DNA of 64,000 nucleotides from Botryllus schlosseri (taxonomy: Eukaryota), in NCBI GenBank assembly GCA_051294905.1, contig CM119372.1, positions 558,001 to 622,000 of the forward strand, read 5' to 3'. How positions within the stretch are numbered: position 1 is the first letter of the stretch; the number at the start of each line of letters is the position of its first letter. The notes under the pieces are model-generated. The model was not told the DNA's origin, made no database searches, and saw only the letters and a list, made by a program, of their open reading frames with translations. The position numbers and the translations under genes are program-made. This document shows positions 48,301-60,300 of the stretch, piece after piece.

Positions 48301-51300
48301 TGATTTTCATGACCATTGTCTTTTTGATTTTTATGTAGACACCATCAGAAGTTGTGTTGTTGATGGACAGGGGGTACGAGAAATGTTATTGAAACCTCAT
48401 GGGGTACGACTACTAAAGTAGTTAAGAAACATTGATTTAGAATAGTAGATTCACAATTTTGTCTAGTCAAGTCAATTATCTAGTCAAGGCGACACTGACC
48501 TTCAGATCTGGTCCAGTTCAAACGCAGCGAAGTCTCGGCCACTTCGCTGACGACGACGTCCTGTGGGGGTGCCGGGACAGTCTGCTGTTCCACGGGATCG
48601 CTTTTAGCCCCAGCCAGCCCAAACTCCGTCACCCCGGCCACCTCAAAGCGATATGTGGATCCCGGCGATAATCGGTCGACAGTGATTTGATTGGCTCGGA
48701 CATCTTTGATCTTTAATAATAATGAATAAATAAATAGCTGTATAATAAACAAATTAGAACTAAGCTTGAATATTTCTTTCCTGGCAAAATATTCAATAAC
48801 CTCACATTGTTAATTGATTCACGAAAAGCTTTTTCAATCGACACTCATCAGCAATGAACGTCAGTTATATACTTGCAATCAAATTCTAAATGCAAGAATT
48901 ATTAATTTATTTTATTTTACCGTGCAACTTCTAAACGCAGATCTGCACTCCATCCATCTGTATCAGAGCAGACAATCATTGAATTAAATTTAAATCCACA
49001 TTTTTGCTAACAGGGAGAGTGCCTTTACATTCAGAAATTGATAGTTTCGTTTACCTGCCGCTCGAGGCTTGTTGTCTGGTCGACGTTGTTCACGAAGATG
49101 GTGTAGGTCCGCGATCCTGTGAAATGCCCGTAACAGCTATCATTGTGAAATTACCAATAAAAAGAGTGAAATTTACCTCTCGTCCGAGACCACTCAAGAG
49201 AAACGCTGTTTTCTTGTACATCGTACACGACAAGGTTCCGAGGAGCGTTCGGTACTGAAACGGTACGAAATCTCAGACGTGCTACTCAAGTAGAAGAAAA
49301 GCCATACATTTCTACTCAGATACATGCACAATGGGGTTGTTCAAAAATAATCTTTTATTTCCGGATTCCTGGGATTCACTGATTACATTGCTAGGTAGCC
49401 TGAAAACACGTTGTACACTAAATTTGTCTCAATTCCAACCAGTAAAAGTCGACGCAGAGCCAATTGAAATTTTTGAATTTATTACAGAAATTGAAATTTT
49501 TTTTAAAAATTTTACTGGAATTGGTAAATAGCCTACAGAACGATGCATTACAATTTTTGCACGATTCCATCCCGGTAGAAGCAAAGTGATTGCAGTTGAA
49601 AGCTTTACATTTGCAAAAATAGCATTGACGGTAGAAAAACCGCGAATTATGAATGAAAAACTCAAATCACTTCGCTTCAACAGGTTGGAATTGCGTCAAA
49701 TTTCTTTAGCATTGCTTTCGTAGACAACTCAACAATTTCATGAGGTTTGCAGTAAAATTTGAAAAAAAAAATTTTTTTTCTAATAAATTCGTAAATTTCA
49801 ATTGGCTCTTCCTTGGCTTCTACTGGTAGAAGTCGAGTCAAATTTGGTGTGCAGTGTTTTTTAGGCAACCTAACCATTTAAGCAGTGAGTCCGCAGGACT
49901 CGGAAAAAATAGGGTTAATTTTGAACAACCCTAATGCAGAACTAATAATTTCCAAGACATGTCAAAACCACTACAAGTGTAACTACAAACGAAGTTCTGA
50001 AAAGTACTCAAGTATTTCCAACGACTTACGAGTCCTCTGAGTAACGGATGCGCTTCTGACGCTGCGAGTGAAGTCCGGCAAAGTAATTGCGAACGCGTGG
50101 GCCGAGTACAAGGTCCCGGGGAGAAGCCCCGAGAAGATATGACGACGCGACCCTTGCACTATCGTCACGCTTCGAGTCCTTCGTTCCACATCGATGAGCA
50201 CGAGTCGATATTGAGTCGCGCCTGACAGAGAAGCTTCGGGTCAATATTCAGTCGAGTACAAATTTCAATCACGAAAATGGAATACTAATTTTGAAGATTG
50301 AAGGCAATGTTTTCGAGTACAGAAAAAATGTTCTGCTTATCTACGAAATACTTTGCAGTTTTGTGTCAGTCTTCAATATCAGACTTTTCAAGAAATATCA
50401 ATACCGGACACCATAACACGATTGTAGGAAGTCTATCACCTTCGGCTCCTAGGCTGGTAATATTGATTTATTTCTTATCGTTTACAGGTGTCAGATGCAG
50501 CCTTTCTTGTTTATTTCAAATCCAAGCATATCAATAGCTGTGAACTTTTGGAAAAAAACATTTAGTTTTACAGGTATCAGCTCAAAACCTGATATCGGAC
50601 GGGCTCTATCTGTAACTGTCGTTATACATAAATAAGTAGTGAACGCATACAAACCTTTGGCCGGAGCCCACGACATCGCGATTGAAGATTGCGTCACGTT
50701 CTCTGGTTCGAGCTCGCTCGGCGCATTTGGGGCTGTAAAGACAATTTTGCCATTTAGAGGGGTTACCTGGAGTCTTTTTATCCACAACAACATGACCGTC
50801 CCAAATCCGGGTTTTCCGTGGCGTATATAATTGGTGTCGTGTTTGGTATGGTCACAGCATTATTATTCTGACCCAATGCTTACCATACGTGCTCCTTTAG
50901 GAGGACTGCGTCTCCTTTTTCAAGAAATCGAAAATATCCTCTTTGGTCTTCCAGGAGTCGATTTCGAAAATTAGCCTATTTATTCAGTCAAGACATTTAT
51001 TTCCAGTCAAAATTTTTGAATGATCTATATTGTCGTTTGAGTTCATAAGTTTTGCGATTTGTAAAAAGTGTCATTTTTTCTGGATCTCAAAATATGGTGA
51101 CCCCACCTAACCCCCAAACCGAATCTTACGATACCTCAACCCTAACCCTAACCCTGAACCCTAACCTTTGACTCCAAGCTCAAGCCAACCCCCAACAACC
51201 TTACTTTTTTGATATCCCCAACACTTACCCAATACCAATTGTAAACGCTCTACATTTTGACATGTTCACAGGGAGACCTTCCATGTGATGCTCATATAGG

Positions 51301-54300
51301 TTGTACAAAAAACACTTTTTTCCCAAGTTCTGGCTCGATTTGAAATCTGGCTCAATTTCAACCAGTAGATGCTAAGCTATGCCCTATGAGGATAGAGAAT
51401 TCCAGATTTACCCCAAAACATATTTTCCAAACATTAATACCTACCCAGTGGTTCTCGACCACCGGTCCGGCAGATACTATGAATTTTATATCATTTCCAA
51501 AAACAAGAACTGTGGAGCTAGTCTATTAATTAGAGGAATATTACATTAAATTGTAGATACATTTACAACGTATTTTAGTACGGTGTACATATGAAAGCTA
51601 CGAGACTTCTAAACAAACTTCGTTAAATTCCGACAGTGCCATTAAGCGGCAAATGACAGTATATACAAGACCCAACGTGCACACTAACCAGTTGTCTGAA
51701 GTACCCTCAAACTGCGATCGCTTCTGAGACCGGCCCAAGAAACTGCGACCACTTGCATCTGGTATTCCGTGCCAGCTTCCAAGTTTACTATCGTGTGATT
51801 GGTCGGCACGATGTCTCGAATGACCCGTTCGTTTCCGGCGAACCGAACGTAGATATCGTAGTGAGAGGCGCCTGCAAAGACATCGGATGTTTGGGTAATT
51901 AAATATAGAACGCAAGCCTACTGATAATCGCGGTAGCTTTGTAAACAGATATGGTAATATTATAGCATAAGACCCGGTCTTACATGGAAGCTAGCGATCC
52001 TGAAATGAACACTTGGACAAGTAAATATATTTTCACCTTTTCTAAATTAGATCAGAATTAGAATGATAGCTACACAGTTTTAGATGACCCTTGTAGTACA
52101 CTTGGATTTTGTATCAAACTGACCTTTCACCCTGCCCCAGGACAAGGAAATGCTGAACGGGTTGAAAGACACGACCTCCACGTCCGGGGCTTCGGGGCTG
52201 GTGCTTTGCAACGTTTTCTGACTCTCCTCGCTCCGTAAGCCCTGGTCGATATTTTCTCCTCGGACCGTGAACGAATAATCGGTGCCGGGTTCCAGGTCGT
52301 CCGCTTCCATCGTGAGGGAGGAACCGACGTTTTCTTCGTAATACTCTTCAGTCTCCTCGTTAGTGACGGTGACTACGTATGTTGTGGCCCCTAGAAAGAA
52401 AACAATAAACGTTACTACTGGTTCTCGGTGACGCAATTCCGACACAAACCTTTCATTTCGATCCATTCGATCTCAATCGTATTTGTTGAGAAGAATTTCA
52501 CAACGGGGTCGCCGGGCGCGTTGGGGGCTGAAAAAAATAATTAATAAATAAAGGTTGGAGATACAGAACTGATGCATACAATCGAATAATACATTCCTGG
52601 TTGATACTCGTCGGAAGTACACAACTTCAACATACAATCAAATAATATGTCCATAATGAAATCTCTAGATGTACATTGTTGATTGTTGATATACAATGTT
52701 GATTTCGATTCTCTGCTAGTTGCTGACGATTACCCCTGACGAGTGTTATCCGACAATATTGAGGTTTATTCCAATACCAGTATATTTACCATGCGACACT
52801 TCAGCATGTCACATTATAACCGCTAAACTGACCCTGGTCCCAACATTAGCCTGAAATTACCCAAACCCTAACTTGACCCTAAATCGAATCCTAATCCACC
52901 CCTAACCCTGAATTTAACCCACATGCTCAAATGTCGCATGCTCTTACATCGCATGCCCATTAGGGCATTTCAAAAATAACTTTTATTTCTACTGGCTACT
53001 TGACTAAAAAATAGTGCACATCAAATTCCTCTCCATTCAAACTAGAAGCAATAGAGGTGAAATTTTGTATTTATTCATCAAACTGTTAAATTTCCCAAAA
53101 AAACGATGCATAACGAATTTGGCTCAATTCCAGCCCGTAGAAGCTAAGTCATTGGAGTTCAAAATTATGGATTTCGGAATTCCTACCCATCCTGATTACT
53201 ATTAATTCAAATCAAAAAATTTATAGCCAAGCTTGAGGGGTAGCATTTTTTTCGAGCAAACCTTACAATTTTATCAGCTAGCCAGTCAAATTTGAAAAAA
53301 AAAACATTGAGCGACTCAAAATTTATACATGGCTACTGCTGGCATCACCTGTTATCTGCGTAACTTCCGCGCTTCTACGACTCACGAGTCCTTCCACAGT
53401 CACCGCTACAACTTGAATACGATATTCCGTGCCCGGTTTCAATTCTCTAATCGTGGCATCGTTGGTCGGCTGTCCCGCAATTGGTCTTTCGGGAAATCCA
53501 ATTTCCGTCACAAAAACCGTGTAGGTATCGGCGCCTGTTACTGCCATCCATTCGACCACCATCGATCTGGCCGAAGCCCGGCTGACTCTCACAAATCTGG
53601 GGGGTCCAGGCTCTGAGATTTAACAAAATACAATTATATCTGGAATGTGAGGTCAGAAAACTGGCACACTTGCTATATAAATTCGCATTTATCAGATGAT
53701 CTAACTCGTTAGATTGGGGCTACTGAAATATTTCCAGAAAAGGTCCAGTTGAAAGAGTTAAAATTTGCTTAGTTCCGATATCATCTACAGCCATACAAAT
53801 GCAATAAAGCTTTACACATGCATTTCAGTTGTCTGTCCAGTTTCCATTCTCTTCACAAACGATGCAATAAGAGGTGGTCAGTAATGAATCACTTCAAGTA
53901 GATTTTGCCTGCTCGCACTTCTTCCGCAAGTGGTTATGATTCTAGACTGCTCCTACTTCTACATGACAGATTTCAGTTTTTCAAGCGGAACTATGGGCCT
54001 AGAATACTTTCTTTTTCACTTACTCGGAAATGGCTACTCCCACTTTTATTTACGAAGAAATTTACGGCACATCTACTTCTACTTGAGCACTTTGTCCAGC
54101 TCTGGATGCAATCTGTCTTTTAAGCACATCATTATACTTTTTTTAAATATTTTATTGTTCTTGTGTAGGGATGATATATTGTTACATTCTCCACGCTATA
54201 GAAATTCCTATATAACTATTATTATTATACCGGTCCTTTGCTCCACACTCAGACTGGGTTCACTGAGAATGTCGTCCACGCCGGCAATGGCCCGGACCAC

Positions 54301-57300
54301 CAACAAATACAGGATGCCCGAATCCAAACCGGCGATGGTCCGAGCTTGAGAAGCGTCCGGGAATTCGACCGGGATAACGCGGCCCGTCACTTGGTCGGTG
54401 GCGTACACCATGTATGAGGTGGCACCTGTTACAGAGAAATGGAATAGAGTTGGAGTAATTGAAAATACTTAGCTTTGCCGACTTAGATTGGAATTAAAAT
54501 CATAGCTATTTTCTTCCAAATTAGATTAAAATTAGAATGATGGCTACTCATTTTTCCAAATTAGAATAGAATTAGAACGATAGCTACTCAGTTTTCTAAA
54601 ATTAGATTAGAATTAAATTATAGCTAGAGTTTTTTTCAAACTAGATTAAAATTAGAACAATAGCTACAGTTTTCTCCCAAATTAGATTGAAATTAGAGTG
54701 ATGGCTACTCATTTTTCCAAATTAGATTAGAATTGGAATGACAGCTACACAGTTTTATTCCAAAGTAGATTAAAATTAGAATGATGGCCACATATTTTTC
54801 CAAATTAGATTAGAATTAGAATGACGGCCACATATTTTTCCAAATTAGATTAGAATTAGAATGATAGCTACACAGTTTTGTTCCAAATTAGATTATAATT
54901 AGAATGATGGCCACATATTTTTCCAAATTAGATTAGAATTAGAATGATAGCTACACAGTTTTGTTCTAAATTAAATTAAAATTCGAATAATGGCTAGTCA
55001 TTTTTCCAGATTTGAATAGATTTAGAATGATAGCTACACACGTACACAGTTTTCTTCCAAATTAGATTAGAATTAGAATGATAGCTACACAGTTTTGTTC
55101 TGAATTAAAATAAAATTCGAATAATGGCTAGTCATTTTTCCAGATTTTAATAGATTTAGAATGATAGCTACACACGTACACAGTTTTCTTCCAAATTAGA
55201 TTAGAATTAGAATGATAGCTACACAGTTTTGTTCTGAATTAAATTAAAATTCGAATAATGGCTAGTCATTTTTCCAGATTTGAATAGATTTAGAATGATA
55301 GCTACACACGTACACAGTTTTCTTCCAAATTAGATTAGACTTGGCAACACAGTTTTTGACAAGAAAATGAGATTAGAACTAGAATCACAATTCGCAAAAC
55401 CTAATAAATCGAACCCCATTTGTATTCACAAAGAAGCCCAACAAAAAGCAAATTCACTTCATATCAAACCATAGCTGATTCTCGTCAGCATAAGAATAGC
55501 AAATGTCCGTGCCGCGAGCTTGGCTCATTCCGCAAAACACAGTTCTCCGGTAGCACTTTCCAAAAATCCAGATATGAGATTTGGATTAGAGTGAGAGCGT
55601 TGAAACATTTCACAAATTAGATTAGAACTAGATAACTGGCGTTTCGCTCAAATTAGTCCAAGCAGACAACTAGAATTAGGAAATGAGGTCATACCTTCGG
55701 AAGCATCCCACAAAACCGTCACGAAATCCTCTCCAAATTCTTCCACTCTCAAGTTAGTCGGGGCTGAAACGGCCGTCCTCCGTACGATTGTTTCACTTTT
55801 TGCGCTCGCAGACTCCTCTTCCTCGTCTCCGTAAGCAACGACAAACAATCGATACGCCACCCCCGGGTCGAGGCCCCCGATTTCCACGGCAGGTTCGAAC
55901 GAGTTCACCAGAAATCCTTGAGTCTGACGGTTGTTATCGACATACTCGACAGTAACTACAAATCGAGCCGAGCCTGTGAAATTATTCAATCACTTTGTTA
56001 TTTTTCAGCATTTCTCTATAAACAATCCATTCGTGGTACAGAACTTCGGAATTATACAAAACCATATATTTTTAATTTATTCACTAAAGTCATTTTGTCA
56101 ACACTCATCATTAGCGAATAAATTGCGGTAAAACAAATTTTAAATGTAGAAAATATTTGCCCACATGTGATAATAATGAAAAAAAGTCTACCGTACTAAG
56201 TTGTTTGTCAAAAATTGACTTGTTTGGTTAGCAGCGTATTCGGCACTTGCTGAATTTGGCATTAGAAAATAAATGTGGCACTGAATATGAGCGTTCCCTA
56301 TTAAAAAATATTGTCAGGTTTGCTAAAAAAAAGGATGCACGCCAAATTTGACTCAATTCAAACCTGTAGAAGCAAAGCTGTCGGAATTGGAAAAATTTAA
56401 ATTTATTAAAAAATTGATGACTTTTTTGCAAATTTCACTGGCAACCCCATAGAATTGATACGTTGCCTACGAAAATGATGCATGGTAAATTTACCTCGAT
56501 TCAAACCGGTAGAAGTTATTGCTGTTGAAAAATGTGGATTTGAAATCATAGCATTTACAGCAGGCAGTTTTGTAATTGATAATGATCAAATAACTTCTGA
56601 CCGCAAATACTATTATAAGCTATTGATGAGAGTCAGGCGAAAAGCTTTGATAGAATAAAGCTATCAAGTTAATTTTACTATGTATGTGTAATATTAAGTT
56701 TTTTTTTGTCAGCGAATTCCCACCTTTGGGGGCGTTCCACGAAATAAAAATGCTGTCGACCGTGAAATCATCGACTTTGAATTCTTTTGGGGAGGAAGGC
56801 CGCGTTTTCACCGTTTCCGTTCTGTTTGCAACCAACTCGACTCGTTCTTTAGTGCCGACCGGTCTGACGATAAAAACGTATTCCGTCCCAGGCTCCAAAT
56901 CTCCGACAACGATTTGAGGACGATCCACCTTCATTTGTGATATGACCACACCCAGCGAGGAGACGTCCACAAAGTAGGATTGTGCTCCTGAAAAATAAAA
57001 ACTGATTGCAACACCGGCCAAGAGAATGTGCCCCTGACATACTTGTAAAAACTACTTCATTTTCAAAACTCGCAACTAGAACTAAAACTAGACGTACTCG
57101 TGTTTCAAAATTTGAACCAGAACTAGAACCAGTAGCTAGTTGACTCTCAGTTAACTAGATTAGAACTAGATTGCTAGTTCATACAAGTTTATCCACTGAC
57201 CTTTGACCTCTCCCCACGAGATAGAAATCACACTTTCCGATACCGAGTTGACGTCGATATCCGAAATTCCGGACGGCACTGCGAAATACCGATAGATTTG

Positions 57301-60300
57301 TCAAAAACAAATCAAATAATTACCAAATTTGAAGTCTCTTGTAGGAACGGGACTTGAATTTACAATGAATGACATATTGATGTTGAAATAACCCGAATAT
57401 TTTCGGCTGACACTCGTCAGGGGTAATAGTCAGAAACTAATAGGAATTGAAATAAACATTGTATATCAACAACTGTATCACCAAATATGACGTCAACGGT
57501 TTGAAAATGCGAATATAGGTGTCAAATATTTGAATCACAAAAAAGTCAAATCAACCCACAACTTCCTTTTTGAGCGAATAAATTATAAACTATGAAAGAA
57601 AAACAAGTATTAAAATAATAAAACAAAATCAACCCACATGTAGTTTCACTTTGCCGTTGACCCACGCCGCCACGTCTCCCTTCTTCCGACACAGCAACAA
57701 TTTCAAACCAGTACGTCGTGCCAGAGTCCAGTTCCGCTATGCTTAAGTTTGTGAGTCTGGTAGCGAAAGTTCTGCGAGCCAACCCTCTGCTGTCGAGTTG
57801 CCCTTCTCGTTGTAGATGCGTCGCGGACACTTCGTCCGAGCGCCACAGAATGGTAACCTCATACCCACTTGCCCCACGGACTGAGTCCCAAACGAGCGTC
57901 AACCCAGAGGTACTAACTGATGTCGTCCGAATGCCAGTTACATCTCTAGGCAAGGATTGGAAATCCAGCAATGTGCCGGCGACAAAACTAGATCGATTCT
58001 GAGAGTCAAAGGTTACAACAAAAACTCGAAACCAAATTCCGTCCGGCAGTTCCTCAAAAGTGATCGCTGGTTCTTGCACTGATGTGGTGGCGATCACGCC
58101 CACGTCGTCTTCGAGGGTGACCCGATAAAAATCGGCAGTGCTGACTTCGGACCATTCCAGGGTGACAGAGCTTGACGATATTCTTCTTACTACGATGTCG
58201 GTCACTTCTCCAGGTACTATGAGAGAGAATCGGCAGATGAGCTTTTCCAAATTACATTAGAATTGTATTATATCCATTTCCAAATTAGGTTAATGTTAGA
58301 ATTATATATACAGTTTTTCTAAATTTAATTACAATTTGAACTATATCGACCCATTCTTTTTCAAATTAGATTATAATTGGAATTCTATTATACTTTCACG
58401 TGTTTTTTCCAAATTCGATTAAAAGTAGAAATGTAGGCGGACAGCTTTTTTTCAAATCAGATTGTAATTACAATGACTGAATTCAAAATTGAATGAGATT
58501 CCGAATTAGAAAGAAATCCAATAAAAATTAAGCTCCCTCCATATCAAATCCTGCTCATTTCCTACTCATAAGCACGAGAATGGCAGAATGGCAGAAAGCT
58601 TGGCTAGTTTCACACAACACGATTCTCCAGTAGCATTTTCATGAAAACCAAAAATGAGAGCATAGAAACATTTCACAAATTATTTATAGAATTAGATTAA
58701 CGGCGTTTTGTTCGAACAGTCTAATCGTGCAATTGCAATTATTAAGTTGAGCATGTTGGATTAGAATAAAATCTCTTAAATGCAGAACTTGACTCACGAG
58801 TCGATCCAGACAACATGACAGATTCGCTTGAGCGAGCTTTGTCTCCTGTCGAACGAGCTTCAAGTTGCAAGAACGTCCCGGGATTCAGTCTGAAAAACGT
58901 ATCAACGAGAACTATAGTTTCAATAGTCTTTTCCAGGATAGAAGGCTGTAAGCGTCAATTGGTATATCATACCATACCATATACGTTTTACAAAGCTATA
59001 CGTAAGTTCTACAAAGGACATATCTGTGAAGTCGTGATCAACACACAGCAAGGACACTAAGTGCAATGAAATAGGTATGGTCAAAATACACAAAATGTGA
59101 CATGGAACTGGCAATATATTCAGTTTGGTCGCATTAAAGGTTCATATTTAAGCTTTCCACGTCGTTCATACCGTTCTTACACCAAAAGACATATCGTCGG
59201 ATATCGGTGCAACAAAATATCAAAATGCGTAATACTTGGATACTACATTCAGAATCTGATCACCCAGTCCTAGTAATATCATTATCTCGAGTCTAATTTA
59301 TGATTATTGTGAATAAAGCTATACACTGTCCATCCGCTCACCTTTGAATTATGACAGAACTCTCTTCTGATAAAACGTCAAAAGTGACGACGCCATCGAA
59401 TACGCGAACAGCGGTCCATTGCTCGTCAAATGAAGACACCCCTTCTTCCTCCACAGTCACGCTCACAATGTAGAACGCGGCTCCTGCAAATATGAAACAT
59501 GAAACGTGAAACGTCAAAGCTCCAACTATGAAGGTGGTTCTAAACCAGACCTGAGACTTGTGCGGAAAAGTTGTTTGCAGTTTAGTACATAAAATATATT
59601 TAGTAATGTTTATGCGTGGAATACAACTACTATAGTAGGCTGCATAAACTGAACCGGAAATGCGTTTACTTTGAAGACTAGTTTATTTACTGTGCATAGC
59701 AAAGCGTGCAGTAACAATTGAAGTTACAAGTCACTGTTTCCATTTTCAAGTTCAGATCTTGTTTGTCGTCATTGTTACATTAGGAAGCACAAGGTATGTG
59801 CTTAAATTATTACTTCATGTTTCCTTACTCGTAAAAGAATTCAATCATCCTCACTCACAAACGGTGGCAGGCTCATGAACGGTGAAGGCTGGAGGTTGAC
59901 ATTTCAACAAGATTTGGAGTACTACATATTAATTTAATGAAGTCAACCTTGTTAGTTTATGACAGGGTTGTAACCAAGCCGCAAGGCTCCGAGTCAAGTC
60001 GAGTCATTTTCAATTCACCACCGATTCAAGTCCGAGTCAAAGTCATCTCGCAGAAGGTCGAGTCCGAGTCATGATATTATGATTCGAGTTGGAGTCCAAG
60101 TCATTGTGTTGACTGCTCAGTTTCTAGATAAAGTTTTGTTAAACCCACTTTTAATAACTCTGTTTGGTGGTATCGAATGGTTCGCATTTATAATATACCA
60201 ATTTTACTGAATTTTACAAGTTTCTGGTCGCATTTTCAAGTACCAGTACCAATAGACGAAATCGCAATAGGGTGGTTACTTTACTATTCTTCGAAATTAA

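Noticed and set aside
48825..48860. Additional hammerhead (minus strand CUGAUGA...GAAA)
   Set aside because: Stem I and the stem II closing pair are not convincing; at most a decayed relative.
51100..52925. CCCTAA telomere-like tracts at about 51.1 and 52.9 kb
   Set aside because: Short, degenerate and intronic; more likely parts of dispersed repeats than telomere remnants.
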